NCBI RefSeq assembly: GCF_006345805.1
Contig: NC_043000.1
Span: forward strand, 48,422,001 to 48,486,000
Direction: 5' to 3'
DNA: 64,000 nucleotides
Source of the DNA: Octopus sinensis
Lineage: Eukaryota
The notes under the pieces were generated by a model that saw only the letters and a list, made by a program, of their open reading frames with translations, had not been told where the DNA came from and did no database searches. Below, piece after piece: positions 41,452-53,519 of this stretch (position 1 is the stretch's first letter; every line of letters begins with the position of its first letter). The position numbers and the translations under genes are program-made.

Positions 41452-41815
41452 ACTAGCAGTATCGCCCGGCGTTGCTTGAGTTTGTTTCGACCCTTTAGAA
41501 TTGGAATTTTTGAAAAGTCAAAATTTCAAGTGAACATTTTTCTGGTTGAAATACACCGAAAAATGGCGACACAGCTGTCAAAAATCTTTAAAAATAGGGA
41601 TTTTCATAGAAAAAAACACCTTTTTGATGTAAATAATTTTTGGTCTTAATGTGGTCCGATTTGAATTTTTTCTTCTACGGAAGGAAGAGCGAGCCTTCTT
41701 CTACCATACTCTCAATTTTAGTCAACTTGTGCCGCAGGGTCTCGGAGGAGATAGTGTTAGTTGAAGGCTGCCAAGCCTGCCACATACAGACAACTTCAGC
41801 TTTATATAAATAGAT
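41452..41815 (+). mobile_element. Non-autonomous Helitron-like element
   Basis: Begins ACTAGCAGTATCGCCCGGCGTTGCT and ends AACTTCAGCTTTATATAAATAGAT, the terminal pattern of invertebrate non-autonomous Helitron-type repeats. Confidence 0.45.
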
Positions 41816-42544
41816 GTAGAAAGTTAAGATTTCTCGTCAAAACTACGCTGAATTTCGCGTCTTTGAAATCATAGTGAAAGCATAGACTCTATTAAATATG
41901 TTGAGTGCATCCCACCCTGTTTGTAAACATTTATAAATATCACACATACACATCCAAACACACACACACTTACACACACACACTCACACTCATACATACA
42001 TGATGAAGATTTATATTGCTATTTTAAATATTTGTGTTGTTTTTTCCCCCTATATTGCGTAGCTTTTTCGAAGTTCTGGTTTTATTTCATTTATGTTTCG
42101 TTTGAATGGCTGGATTTGGACGGACCAGTTATTTTGTTGATCTCTCGCTTGGAAAAATATCTCATGTTTGCTTTGATCATGCAGACAATGATTTTGAGAG
42201 CAGCTAATGGAACCCACAGCGATGACCCACAGACTTAGATATTTCCCTGGAATTTCATGCTCTGTGGACCATTATTTCGTCGTTAGATATCTCACCGGAA
42301 ACTACATCGGCTAGGCTGCATACCGAATACGTATGCGCACTTAGACGTACACATATACATACACGCTTATATGTGTGATGTGCAATATATTCATATTCAC
42401 ATACACACACACACATATATATATATGAATATAAATATATTGCACATATATACATATTATATTATATATATATGCATGTACATACACACACACACATCAC
42501 ATATATATATATATTATATATATATATATATATATATGTTTACA

Positions 42545-42591
<47 letters not shown>

Positions 42592-43114
42592 GTATACACA
42601 CACACATATATGCAACCATGTTTATATAAACACGCACACATACAGACAGGCTCGCAGAAAACGTCTGATATATATTTTAGTTTAAGATAGATTTTTTATT
42701 TATTTCTTTGCTATGTTATCGTTATTTTTGGCTCTGATAATAAATCATATTCTCTCCAATAAAGGTTAGTAGGCATCTATGACTGGAGATGTTAAAGCAA
42801 AAGGTTGAAAATACTTTATAGAATGATATACCGTTATTTCAGTGCAGGTTTACTACACTTGACACATTGATAATATATAGACTACAGAAACACAAATATT
42901 ATACACATATGTATTTATGAACAGTTATTTATGTATTAGAGTATTTTTATGTGCTCACATGCATGTACAAGCTTTTTGTTTCCCCGTCTTTACTACATAT
43001 GTATATATGTACGTACGTACTTATGTATGCATGTATTACGAACGTATGTACGTATTATAGTGAAGATTTTGCAAGTACTAGTATGAAACGAAGAGAATTC
43101 AGTACGAGAATTCA

Positions 43115-43277
43115 GGCGCAGGAGTGGCTGTGTGGTAAGTAGCTTGCTAACCAGCCACATGGTTCCGGGTTCAGTCCCACTGCGTGGCATCTTAGGCAAG
43201 TGTCTTCTACTATAGCCCCGGGCCGACCAATGACTTGTGAGTGGATTTGGTAGACGGAAACTGAAAGAAGCCTGTCG

Positions 43278-43310
<33 letters not shown>

Positions 43311-43532
43311 TTGTGTGTCTGTGTTTGTTCCCCTAGCATTGCTTGACAACCGATGCTGGTGTGTTTACGGTCCCCGTCACTTAGCGGTTCGGCAAAAAGA
43401 CACCGATAGAATAAGTACTGGGCTTACAAAACGAATAAGTCCCGGGGTCAAGTTGCTCGACTAAAGGCGGTGCTCCAGCATGACCGCAGTCAAATGACTG
43501 AAACAAGTAAAAGAGTAAAGAGTAAAAGAGTA
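43115..43532 (+). mobile_element. SINE family A, young copy
   Basis: CpGs retained; (AAAGAGT)n tail. Confidence 0.92.
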
Positions 43533-44026
43533 AGTGTTGTATTCTGAAATTTACGAATTTTGTCTCGCAAATGGCATGGTTCCGTGTTCAATACAGTTAC
43601 GTGGTTCCATAACCAAATGACTTCCATATTCTAAGTTTGATTAATACACTTTATCAGTGGAATTTTGAAAACGAAGACTGCGCACAAACTCGTTGTATAC
43701 ACACATATGTGTGTGTGTACATACACATACACAAACAGACACACGTCGCACACACACACATTTGAAAGGGCATCCAGCTGTGAAAATCATGCCAAAACTG
43801 ACCTTGCCTATTCTAGTGCTGTGTAAAAATCACCCAGTCCACTCTTCAAAGTGGTTGGTGTCAGGAATGGCATCCAGCCGTAAAAAACCTGTCAAAACAG
43901 ACACAGTAGCCTGGGGTAGTCTTCTACCTGGCCAGTTCCTCCATGTTATTTCTTTATTTATACCTGGCCAGTTCCTGTCAACCTTCCTACTTATGCATGG
44001 AAGACGGACATTAAACGATTATGATA

Positions 44027-44090
<64 letters not shown>

Positions 44091-44099
44091 TATATGTAA

Positions 44100-44228
44100 A
44101 AAATTTAGAGGACTGGCCACTAAAGTGGACAGCCTATATGCTAAACATAGACGTCAAATCTCCATTTACTTGACTTCTATGTTTAGCATATAGGCTGTTC
44201 ATTTTTAGTGGTCAGTCCTCTAAATTTT
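44100..44228. mobile_element. Fold-back MITE-like element
   Basis: Arms 44100-44157 and 44170-44228 are near-perfect reverse complements. Flanking 8-mers are ATATGTAA / GTATGTAA. Confidence 0.7.
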
Positions 44229-44889
44229 GTATGTAAAAAATTTTAATCTTCGGATTTTTAAAAATATGCTAAGGCACTGGTTTTAATTGATTAATATCAA
44301 TTTTTACCCTTATTTAATTTATGTATATATAATACACACACATATATATAAAGCGAAAACATTACAAGTTATAAGATATAATTCAAGTCGATGGCCTGTA
44401 CTTTGAATTTGTGCTTCAATATTTCGGCGTTAGAAGCCCTTCATGGAATCTTAGTAAATGTACAAGTTACAATTACAAACTGACTTGTATTAACTCTTAT
44501 AACTTGCATTGTTTTGATTCCTAAAATAAATTTTTAAAAACCCCAAAAAAATACAGAACACACACATATCAGACGTTGCTTCATACTACTCTAATATGTG
44601 TGTGCATGTATGGTTGTGTGTGTGTATGCATGTGCCTCGGGACAGAATTTACAGATGTTGTCAATAAAGTGAAATGACACCACAGTCAGTTGAACTTGGG
44701 CAAAAATCTCAAGATGTATTTATTATATGTGCCTAGCTCTCCATTTACAAGTGTATAAATTTATAAGCCATAGCAGCTATACTAATATTTGTGCGTGCAT
44801 ACAAGCATATAAATATATATATATATATATGTACATGTACATGCGAGCACATACACACATACATACATATATGTATGTGTGTATGTATG

Positions 44890-44924
<35 letters not shown>

Positions 44925-45117
44925 ATGTGTGTGTGTGTGTGCTCATGTGTGCGTGCGCGCGTGTGTGTAAGAGGGACGAAATTTCTGAAGTGTAAATTAT
45001 TAAGAGGAAAACTAGTGAACAACTGCACTGCAAAACGAATGTTGTTGAAACCAGTTTCTCAGTTTCTGAAGTGATAATGTATGAAGATTATATTTAGCCA
45101 TATATATATTGACATAC

Positions 45118-45175
<58 letters not shown>

Positions 45176-46367
45176 TGTGTGCGTGTATATATAGAGACAG
45201 ATAGATAGATTGATAAGTAGATATTGATACGTACGTACATACATACGTACATACATATACACATGCATACATACGTATATACATACATATATACATACTA
45301 CAGCTACCGGTACAGACAACTATACAGAAATACTTACATAGAAGGGCATATATATTGTTAGATAGAACAGATATGGAGGTGTTTGTCTCCTTTGAAGAAA
45401 GATTTATAAAAACTGTTGTTCGTTGCTCTTCCTGCTTGAACGATTATTTTCAGCTTAGATTTAAATAAAACAAAAAATAGAAATAACAAATGCAAAACAA
45501 AAATAGATAAGAGAAATGGTTTTAACATCGGAAAACAAATTCTCTAGAGAATTTCTGCCTACACATCACTCTTTAGCATCAACAAAATCGTTTCTTTCCA
45601 TACATCAAATTCTGCATTTCCCCAAAGAAATATTATATCAGATTCTTTCTGAAACAGAATCATTACTCAAACTTATTTCATAGCTGTTTGTGTATCTTTG
45701 GTTCTTTGGTTTTCGTTTGAAATTGGGACCTGAGATTTTAAGCAAATCTATAATTTTGTTTTTGTTCTTTTTTTTTTTTTTACCATCTGTTGCCTGAAGC
45801 CTAAATATTCTCTTCATTTACCAACCAAGTACACTGTCGTTCCACTGTACCCAGTGGAAGTGACGGTGCGAAATAACATAACTAATAGCTTGTAGCTTAA
45901 CTAAAAAACTTCTATATCATCATCATCATTATGATTATTCCTATTGCTGTTTTTATTATTTCGTGGCATTTTTATTTTCTCTGTCGTTATATTTGGCAAG
46001 TTCTCTTAATAATGTTCAAGTGCTATACTTTGAGATACACACACACACAAACACACACACACGTACCTATATCTTTTTCTGCTTTTCTTGTTCCATTCGC
46101 GTTATGAAGTTATGCAGGCATATATGTTTTAACATGCGTTAAGTTTGAGCTACGCACAGACAAAAGTCAATGAAAAACGATTTATTAAATATAATTATAT
46201 ATATATATATAAGCAACAAGGATACCCGGAGGTACTGCATTACTTCTGGATATCCTTGTTGCTTATTTAATCACCTTATTTTGAAATTGTATGGATAATA
46301 CCATACTAAATTTTGGTGCCTCAACTTAAGTACCATATTCATCTGAATCTAAATGTATATATACATT

Positions 46368-46403
<36 letters not shown>

Positions 46404-48550
46404 ATATAATATCTATATAATGTGTGTGGTGTATGTATATACGCACATACATATTTACACTTATATATCTATGTGTGAATATATATATGTATAAATGCAT
46501 ATGACACATTTCTGTTATTTGTTATACTTCGTTACAAAACTATTCATGGTGATTCACACATATCAGTAAGCAAGTTAATCTATTGGTTCAGTCATCATAT
46601 AGTGATAACATGGCATACATGCATGCACACTATTACTACTACAACGTTACTATAGTTAAACATTTTACGATGGCAGAGTAGATGTAAGAGGAAGATTTTT
46701 CTGTAATTTCTTGTAGGTCGAGAAACTCCATAGAGGCTTTCTCGATAAATACAAACATGAAGTTTCTTAAACAGAGTACTGCAAGAATCTGTTCATTCAC
46801 TCATTCTATTCAGCTTATATCTGCATGACCTTTCTAAACCTTCAAAATACGCACAGATGTCAAACGCAGATACCACAATGGCTTGTTCCAACCATTTTCC
46901 AAACTTTATTGCATAACTTATATTCAAAGCTACACACATCACCTGGAAACCACTGCTTCCCACCAACACACTTGGAATTAATAAATGGTAGCCTCTCAAG
47001 ATCGATAAACATGTTTTTTGTTGGAAAACCTGCACAGGTGATTTGTTTACAGCAATCAAAACGTTTATGCAGCTCATTAGCTCACTTCCTCCAGGTGCCA
47101 CACGTCAGTCGAAATGATCACAGAATAACATGAAATGAAGTGATACTCTCAAGAACATAACGCTCCGTCTGTTCTGGAAATCGAACTCGTGAGTTCGCGA
47201 TTGTAAGTACATCACCCTAACTACTGAGCCTCGTGCTTTAAACACTTAAAATAATACACGGTCTCCTACTTTACCAGCAACATCAAAAAACATTGAATAC
47301 CGCCAAAACTACAATCAACAGCATAAAAATATGCCACACACATAGAAAACGAAAATAGCAGAAATTATATATGCCCCATAACAATCACAACACATAGAAC
47401 ACATAACAACATACCAATACTTAGAATAATATCAAGTCCCATATTTTGCTCAGTGGATTTGAAGATCCCCTTGAACGTCGGACGGAATGTTCAGGATTGT
47501 TTGTTTCGACTCTCTGCCTTCTGGGTTCGAATTCTGCCAAGTTCAACTTTGCTTCTCATCTTTTGTGTGTTGACGCACAAAAAAAAAAAATACTAATCCA
47601 AGTTGGCATATTATCGGAATTGGAAGAACGTCAGATTACATGCTTGTGGTAATTGTTCCGGTTCTTCGCGGTCTGAGTTCAAATACCGCCTTGATGTGCT
47701 TGGATAATAGACACGATTCATCAGTCAGCTTAACATAGTCATGGACCACCTTGGATGCCTTTATCGGGAGCTATTCTGCAGCAAGCAATCGGGCCAGGTT
47801 TCCGGTTTGATGCTACTTTGACATCTCTTTTCCATGTGTTTAAAGGCCACCTGGCATTGATAGTAGTTGTAGTGGTGGTGGTGGTGGTGGTGGTGGGTTG
47901 TGTCATATGAGATAGATTTTGTTGGGAGGTCTAGCGGAACTAAAAACTTTGTAGAAACAATTATGCAATCTCTTCAAACACATCTAGATATTACATGAAG
48001 TTACAGTGACGAGCTGGTAGAATCGTTACCGCGTCGAACAAAATGCTTAGCGACATTTTTTCCGATTTTATGCTCAAAGTTCAAATGCTACCGTAGTTGA
48101 TGACACCTTTTTATCTTTTCGAGGTCGATAAAATAAGGGCTGGGACAGTTGCTTTAGCCCCTCTCACGAAATTTCTGTGCTTGTACAAAACTCTGAAACC
48201 AATATCAGTTAAATTTGGTCCTCAAGTTCTGAGTTCAAATTCCGCCGAGATCGACTTCGCTTTTTATTCCTTCAGGGTCGACGAAATAAGTATCAGTTGG
48301 GCACCGGGATCGATGTTATGGACGAGCTCCATCTCATCAAATTTCAGGCCCTGTACCTATAGTATAAAGTAGAGAAAATTTAATTGAATTATGGATTGAT
48401 CAGCTTTGTCTCTTTATTCATCCCTGGATAGCTAAAATTCGGATCAGTCATACACAGGTTTGACACTAATCGTCTACGCCCATCCCTTAATTCTGAGGCC
48501 TTGTATCTATGTGAAAAAAAATCAATGTTAGTTGGTTTCTTGAAAATATG

Positions 48551-49290
48551 TACAAGGTGCATTCCAGAAGTTTTCAGACTTTATCAGGAGAGACATTTAT
48601 TAATTTCAAAGAATTAAAGACAAAACAAATCTTAAAACCTCCTTCAAAGTAGGATCCTCTGGCTTCAATTCACTTGTTATAGCGCTCTAGCTACTTTGTG
48701 AAGGCCCCATGGAAGTCACCCTAAAGTGAATGTGTCTATGACGCTTCTCACAGCCTCCATCTTTTCCTTCAGCTTGGGGAACAACTAACATTCACAGGGA
48801 ACAAGATCTGAACTGTAAGGAGTGTGAGGGACACATTTGATGCTTATCGCTGTCAAGTAGTTGGTTACCAAGATGGAATTGTGGACTGTTGCTTTGTCCT
48901 TGTGCAAATGCTTTGGCCTCTTGTAACGAAATCTCTTCCTGAACTCACTCAAAACTTTCACAAAATACTCTTGATTGACCATTTGGCCAAATTTCCCATA
49001 AATTTGGAAAACTAGTGGATGTAAATGATTTTCTTGCAGTCGAAAAGAAGGATCTTCATGAGCTTCCCGATGGACTTGCTTTGCTTGGCTTCTTATGCCA
49101 GCGAAAAATGGATGTTCTGCTCATGCAACTTAATCTATAAGCAGCCTGGAGTTTTCCATAAGTTTTTGTAGCATTTTTTCTCAGCTCAACATAAAGCTTT
49201 ATTGAATAGCGAGCTTCGAAATTGTCTCCACGGTGTTGACTATATTCCCGAACTACTCATCCGTGACATCAAAGTATTGTTACTTCTGTA
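48551..49290 (-). mobile_element. Degenerate mariner element
   Basis: VNQEYF..VL..FRKR.R.KRP..LH.DKATVH...VPHTPYSSDLVPC. TIR-like TACAAGGTGCATTCCAGAAGTTTTCAGACT at 48551; right end approximate. Confidence 0.7.
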
Positions 49291-49356
49291 TTCAGTCTAA
49301 TCTAGAGTAACAAAAGTTGGCAGGCCAGCTTATTAGAGTGTATAGTAATAACTCTT

Positions 49357-49586
49357 TCTATAATAGGCACAAGGCCTGAATTATTATTTATTATTATTTT
49401 TTTTTTTTTTGGTGGGAGATAGTTGATTACATCAACCCCAGTGCTTGATTGGTACTAATTTCATGGAATCCAAAAGGATGAAAGGCCAAGTCGACCTCGG
49501 TGGAATTAGAACTGAGAACGTAAAAACGGACGAAATGCCGCTAAGTATTTTGCCCGCCGTGCTAACGATTCCCCCAGTTCGCCGCC
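49357..49586 (-). mobile_element. SINE family B variant (GGCCTTGTGCCTA tail)
   Basis: Family B head and central domain with a different tail, also seen at about 4510-4640. Confidence 0.75.
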
Positions 49587-50334
49587 TTAGTTGAATAGTA
49601 ATAGCATAATACAATTATAATAATCTTGAGCAGTCTAAAAAAAAAAAAGAAATCTCAAATCTAGAATGTACCTCCTTCAGCTGAAAAGAAGGTCACCTAT
49701 CTATGGACCTCCGTTTAATAATTTGATCTAAGGGATAATCATCTGCTCACATAGTTTACCGCAGGGTTACTGTCTCGTATATGCAGAAAGTATAACTGAA
49801 TGAAGTATATAAGATTACTGTGTACAGTGTATAGAATGTAAGAGGAATTAACAGGTCAACGGCAGCATGACTCTAATGAAACGAAAGCAGCAAACATGTG
49901 CCACTTATACAAATAAAATTCGATAATACCATTGCTTACAAGGAGATATGTCAACAGATTTACTATTACGGATTGAGAGAACGCTTCAAGATTTGTAAAG
50001 TTATACGTAGATTTAGATCTGAGACGCAGTAGTGAATTCATCTCCCTTTCTCTCTACACTCTCTTCTCTTCTCGATCCTCTCTCTCTGTACATATAATGT
50101 ATGGTGTATATATATATATATATATATATTATGTGAAATAGAAAGATGAATAATCTTGTAGTAGATTAATCAAAGTTTAAACCGATACTTAGTAGCAAAA
50201 ATCACAGCAGTGAACAGCACGGTTGGAGGTACAACCATCTGGCGTTGCAACCGTGCGTTGGTGCGGATAATTGAAATTAAAACATTATTGGTGAATTGAA
50301 GAATGGAGCTGAACGCAGATTGAACAGAAATCGT

Positions 50335-50428
50335 TTTATTTTCATTCTACACGTGTTTCGAAAGGCACAAATTACCAAATCCGATTGAATAATGGGACCA
50401 TATTGTGTCTTCTCTTCAGGAAGAAAAA
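50335..50428 (-). ncRNA. Type I hammerhead ribozyme of the PLE (left arm)
   Basis: Minus strand: ttttttcttc-CTGAAGA (50419-50413)-GAAGACACAA...TTGTGCCTTTC (helix II)-GAAA-CACGTG-TA/GAATGAAAA. Intact CUGANGA/GAAA core, GUA cleavage triplet, palindromic helix III, and helix I TTC/GAA extended by TTTTT/GAAAA. Confidence 0.8.
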
Positions 50429-51032
50429 AGGAAATCCGTTGGAAAAACAAAAACAGAACAGAGGCAGAGCAAAAAACAAATCGAACTGTGCTCCTAAGAG
50501 CCCATGGCGAAACTGTTTATCAGTGTATGTTGAGAACCGGTGGCTGAAGAATTCAACAGGTCAGGCATCGGTCAAACATGTGGGTGAGGGTGTATAGATG
50601 TTCTTTGTGACCGAGAATAAAGTTTCTGACTATTTAAAGAATATTGGATGTTTTATAAGGGGCGAGAAAAAATCTACTTAGAGACGTGTGTGTGTGTATA
50701 CTGTTCTATATATGTGTGTGTTGGCGTAGGGGTAAAACATTTTTTGTGTACGTGTGTGCGTTTGATCGTTCGGCTGTCAGTGGCTACTGCCGTGATAACC
50801 GTTGGGTGGCAGAAAGAAAAAAATAAAGAAATTATATATATATTTTATGTTTATGTGTGTGTGTGTGTGTTCATCTAAGCCTACCTTGACAAGGAAACCC
50901 CCGCTGTGAAAAAAACAGCCCCCGTTTGTCTTACAGGAGTAATTTCCCTTGCAGTGGTTAATTGTAGATATCTTAAAATCTATTTCAGAATTTGTTACCA
51001 AGGGCTATGGGTGCCGGTCTTATTTATAAACG

Positions 51033-53519
51033 CTATTTAAAGGCCAGATAAGTGTAACGCCGCCAATGGGGCATCGAAAAGCCGACTGTAAGAGCCCGTT
51101 TACCATCCGGCCTCTGGCAAACAAAATATGGAAGAGTTCGGAGACACAAAGGTTCACTGTCTTCTGTCCCTATCAAATGGGAGGGCCACACCGACAAAAT
51201 TGACCATTCCAGCCTATAGCTTAAGTCGCATCCTTCAGTCGCCATATTAGCTTACTGAGTCCCGTGGTCTGGCGCTTGTTCACGTCCCGAAAAGTTGCGT
51301 AATGGTTGGAGACACGCAAAGACAATCTTGAGGATGATGCCCTATATAAGTGAAGGCATCTGAGTCCGTGTAAACCTTGCATTGGTAGACGGCGTTTTTG
51401 ATCTTGGAGTTCGCCGACGTGAATCTTACTCTGCTAGGATTGGTTTCTGAAATTAGAACTGCGTTCCTGTCACTATATTCGTTCCGAGACCTGCAGCCGC
51501 TTACTACTCTATTTTCCACTACGTCACTATTAACTATAGGAATAACCCCTGATTCTCCACTATCTATCAGAGTGCTGTCATTGCTACTGCCCGTGGTACT
51601 GCTATTGCGGGAAATGATGCTGGGATGCTAAAGGGCTCTCTACCCTACTCCCATTGTTACCATCAACCACAACACCCCTATTTATAACTATACCCCTAGT
51701 GGGTACTCCCTGGCTGGAGCTGAGATTATGTGTCACTGTACTGGCTCTCATATCATTATTACTACTATAATTATTCCTACTGAGCATTAAACCGGGAGCG
51801 GAAGAGGCTGTGCCTCCGGAAAAGGTGATAGGGTCTTAGTAAGTAGCCTATTATTATGGGAGGCGATTATCTGGGCGAGGTTTTTAGTGTTGGAGAAAGC
51901 TATCCTAACTTTATGTGAGTTAACCGTGGAGTAATATTTGGAATTTCTGGGGAAGTTATTGGCGATGGCTTGTCTAAACATGAGGGGGAGTTAGTTTCTA
52001 ATCTGCTTACCAAAGGGGATTACAAACCATATATGCTTATTCCTATCAGTGTGATGGGTCGGGACGCCAGCTCTCGCATTTGGGTGGGTGATTCTCGATG
52101 AATAACGGGTCTTGGGTTAGTGTAAGACCTCCCGGACCGATAATTATCCTTGTTCGCTAAATTAAATGCGGGAGCGACTACCCCGGTATCCGCCGCGCTC
52201 CCGTCCTTACTTAAAATGTTAATGTTATTATATACGGCGCTATCCTGATGACCGAATGATGGCATCGGAAGGGCCGGATCAATATAATTACCTTCTGCCT
52301 ATAACCGGCCTTGGATAGTGCGGCGTTATAAAAATCCGCTTTCTGCATAAAAATATCGGCACTGGCGGACAGGCCAGACAATCTTAGAGAGATGTTTTTA
52401 ACCAAATTGTCTGTTACGGTTTTGGCATGATTTGAGAAGACACTGACATACTTCAAATTAGTGGAAGGCTTATGGTAAGGGCAGTATGAGTCGCTATTAA
52501 GGTTAAGTGTAACGTCTAGGAAATTAGCCTTGGTGAGTTCGTTATCAAAAACTATACTCATGCCCATTCTATTAAAAAACCTAGCTAACCTGCTCTTAGT
52601 TTTCTGCACTATTCTGTCGTGTGTTTTGCAGGTAAAACAGACAATCGTCACGATACAGGCCGCCCGCGATCTCCGGAATTGATCGGACAATTCGTAGAGA
52701 ATATATATTCCGACCAATCGGCTATCTGCGCACTATCCGAACTTCCCATAGGCACATCAAATTCATTGGGAGTATCCTTACGGATCCACAGCTTATTATC
52801 AAACTTAATAAACGATTTCCTGGCAACTAAAATGATATCTATCTCTTCTCTGGTGAGGCCTGCCTTGTTGTGAGCATGCCAGAGGGCCTTATTTAGCACA
52901 CTAGGGTTAATCGAGGGGTAGAAGCTGGCGATATCAAACTGAATGAACCTAGTACGGTTCTTATTGGGGATGGAAGAGAACCACTTCACTACCTGCGAGG
53001 AGTTGGCCCAGAGGCTGAGCTTCAGCTTGTTTACTAAACTAGGGATATATTTATCTAAAATGTACTTACTGATTATCCCGATATCAGATCTAGCAGGGCA
53101 TATGAGTCTTAGCGCTGGGTTGGTGTGGAAGTTAGGTTTATGGTCCTTCACTATATCTGGGTTGCTTGGGGCTAAGCGGCTGAGTTCTCATTTGAATTCG
53201 GTGTTTAAATATTATATCCTTACTTTCCAAGTTTACCTTCCTCAGGGTACTCCATTGGTTTTTCTATAATTTTCTTGATCTCTTTACCGAGTAAATCAGG
53301 TACTGCTTAATGGGCATCTTGTATGTGTTCCTGGTCTTGTCGGACTGGACCAGGACTCCGTCCGTTCTATTAATGTCCTTGGTAATTTTATCTAGGTATC
53401 TGAGGTGGGCATTTCTCCTGGTGACTTCCTGAACTTAATCTTTCTAACTATGTCCCACAATCGTCCTCAAACTTCTTCAGTCTTGGGTTCGGTGGCGGCG
53501 TATCCAATGTTTTAAAAAG
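51033..53519 (-). pseudogene. PLE RT-endonuclease polyprotein, frameshifted and lacking its N-terminus
   Basis: Motifs read across frames: PPPNPRLKKFEDD..IKFRK, VQSDKTRNTYK, KDHKPNF..RLICP, FIQFDIASFYPSI, FDVPMGSSDSAQIAD, GLYRDDCL (YRDD at 52644-52655), NFLDVTLNL..PYHKP..SNH. The GIY-YIG motif VYQCKVYTDSDAFTYIG lies at 51340-51390, followed by LSKLIW.LK..YRLEWSIL..NLC; stop at 51033. Confidence 0.9.

Noticed and set aside
50485-50525. Antisense hammerhead-like string CCTAAGAG-CCCATGGC-GAAACTGTT in the PLE 3' UTR
   Set aside because: The core has two mismatches and no helix I can form.
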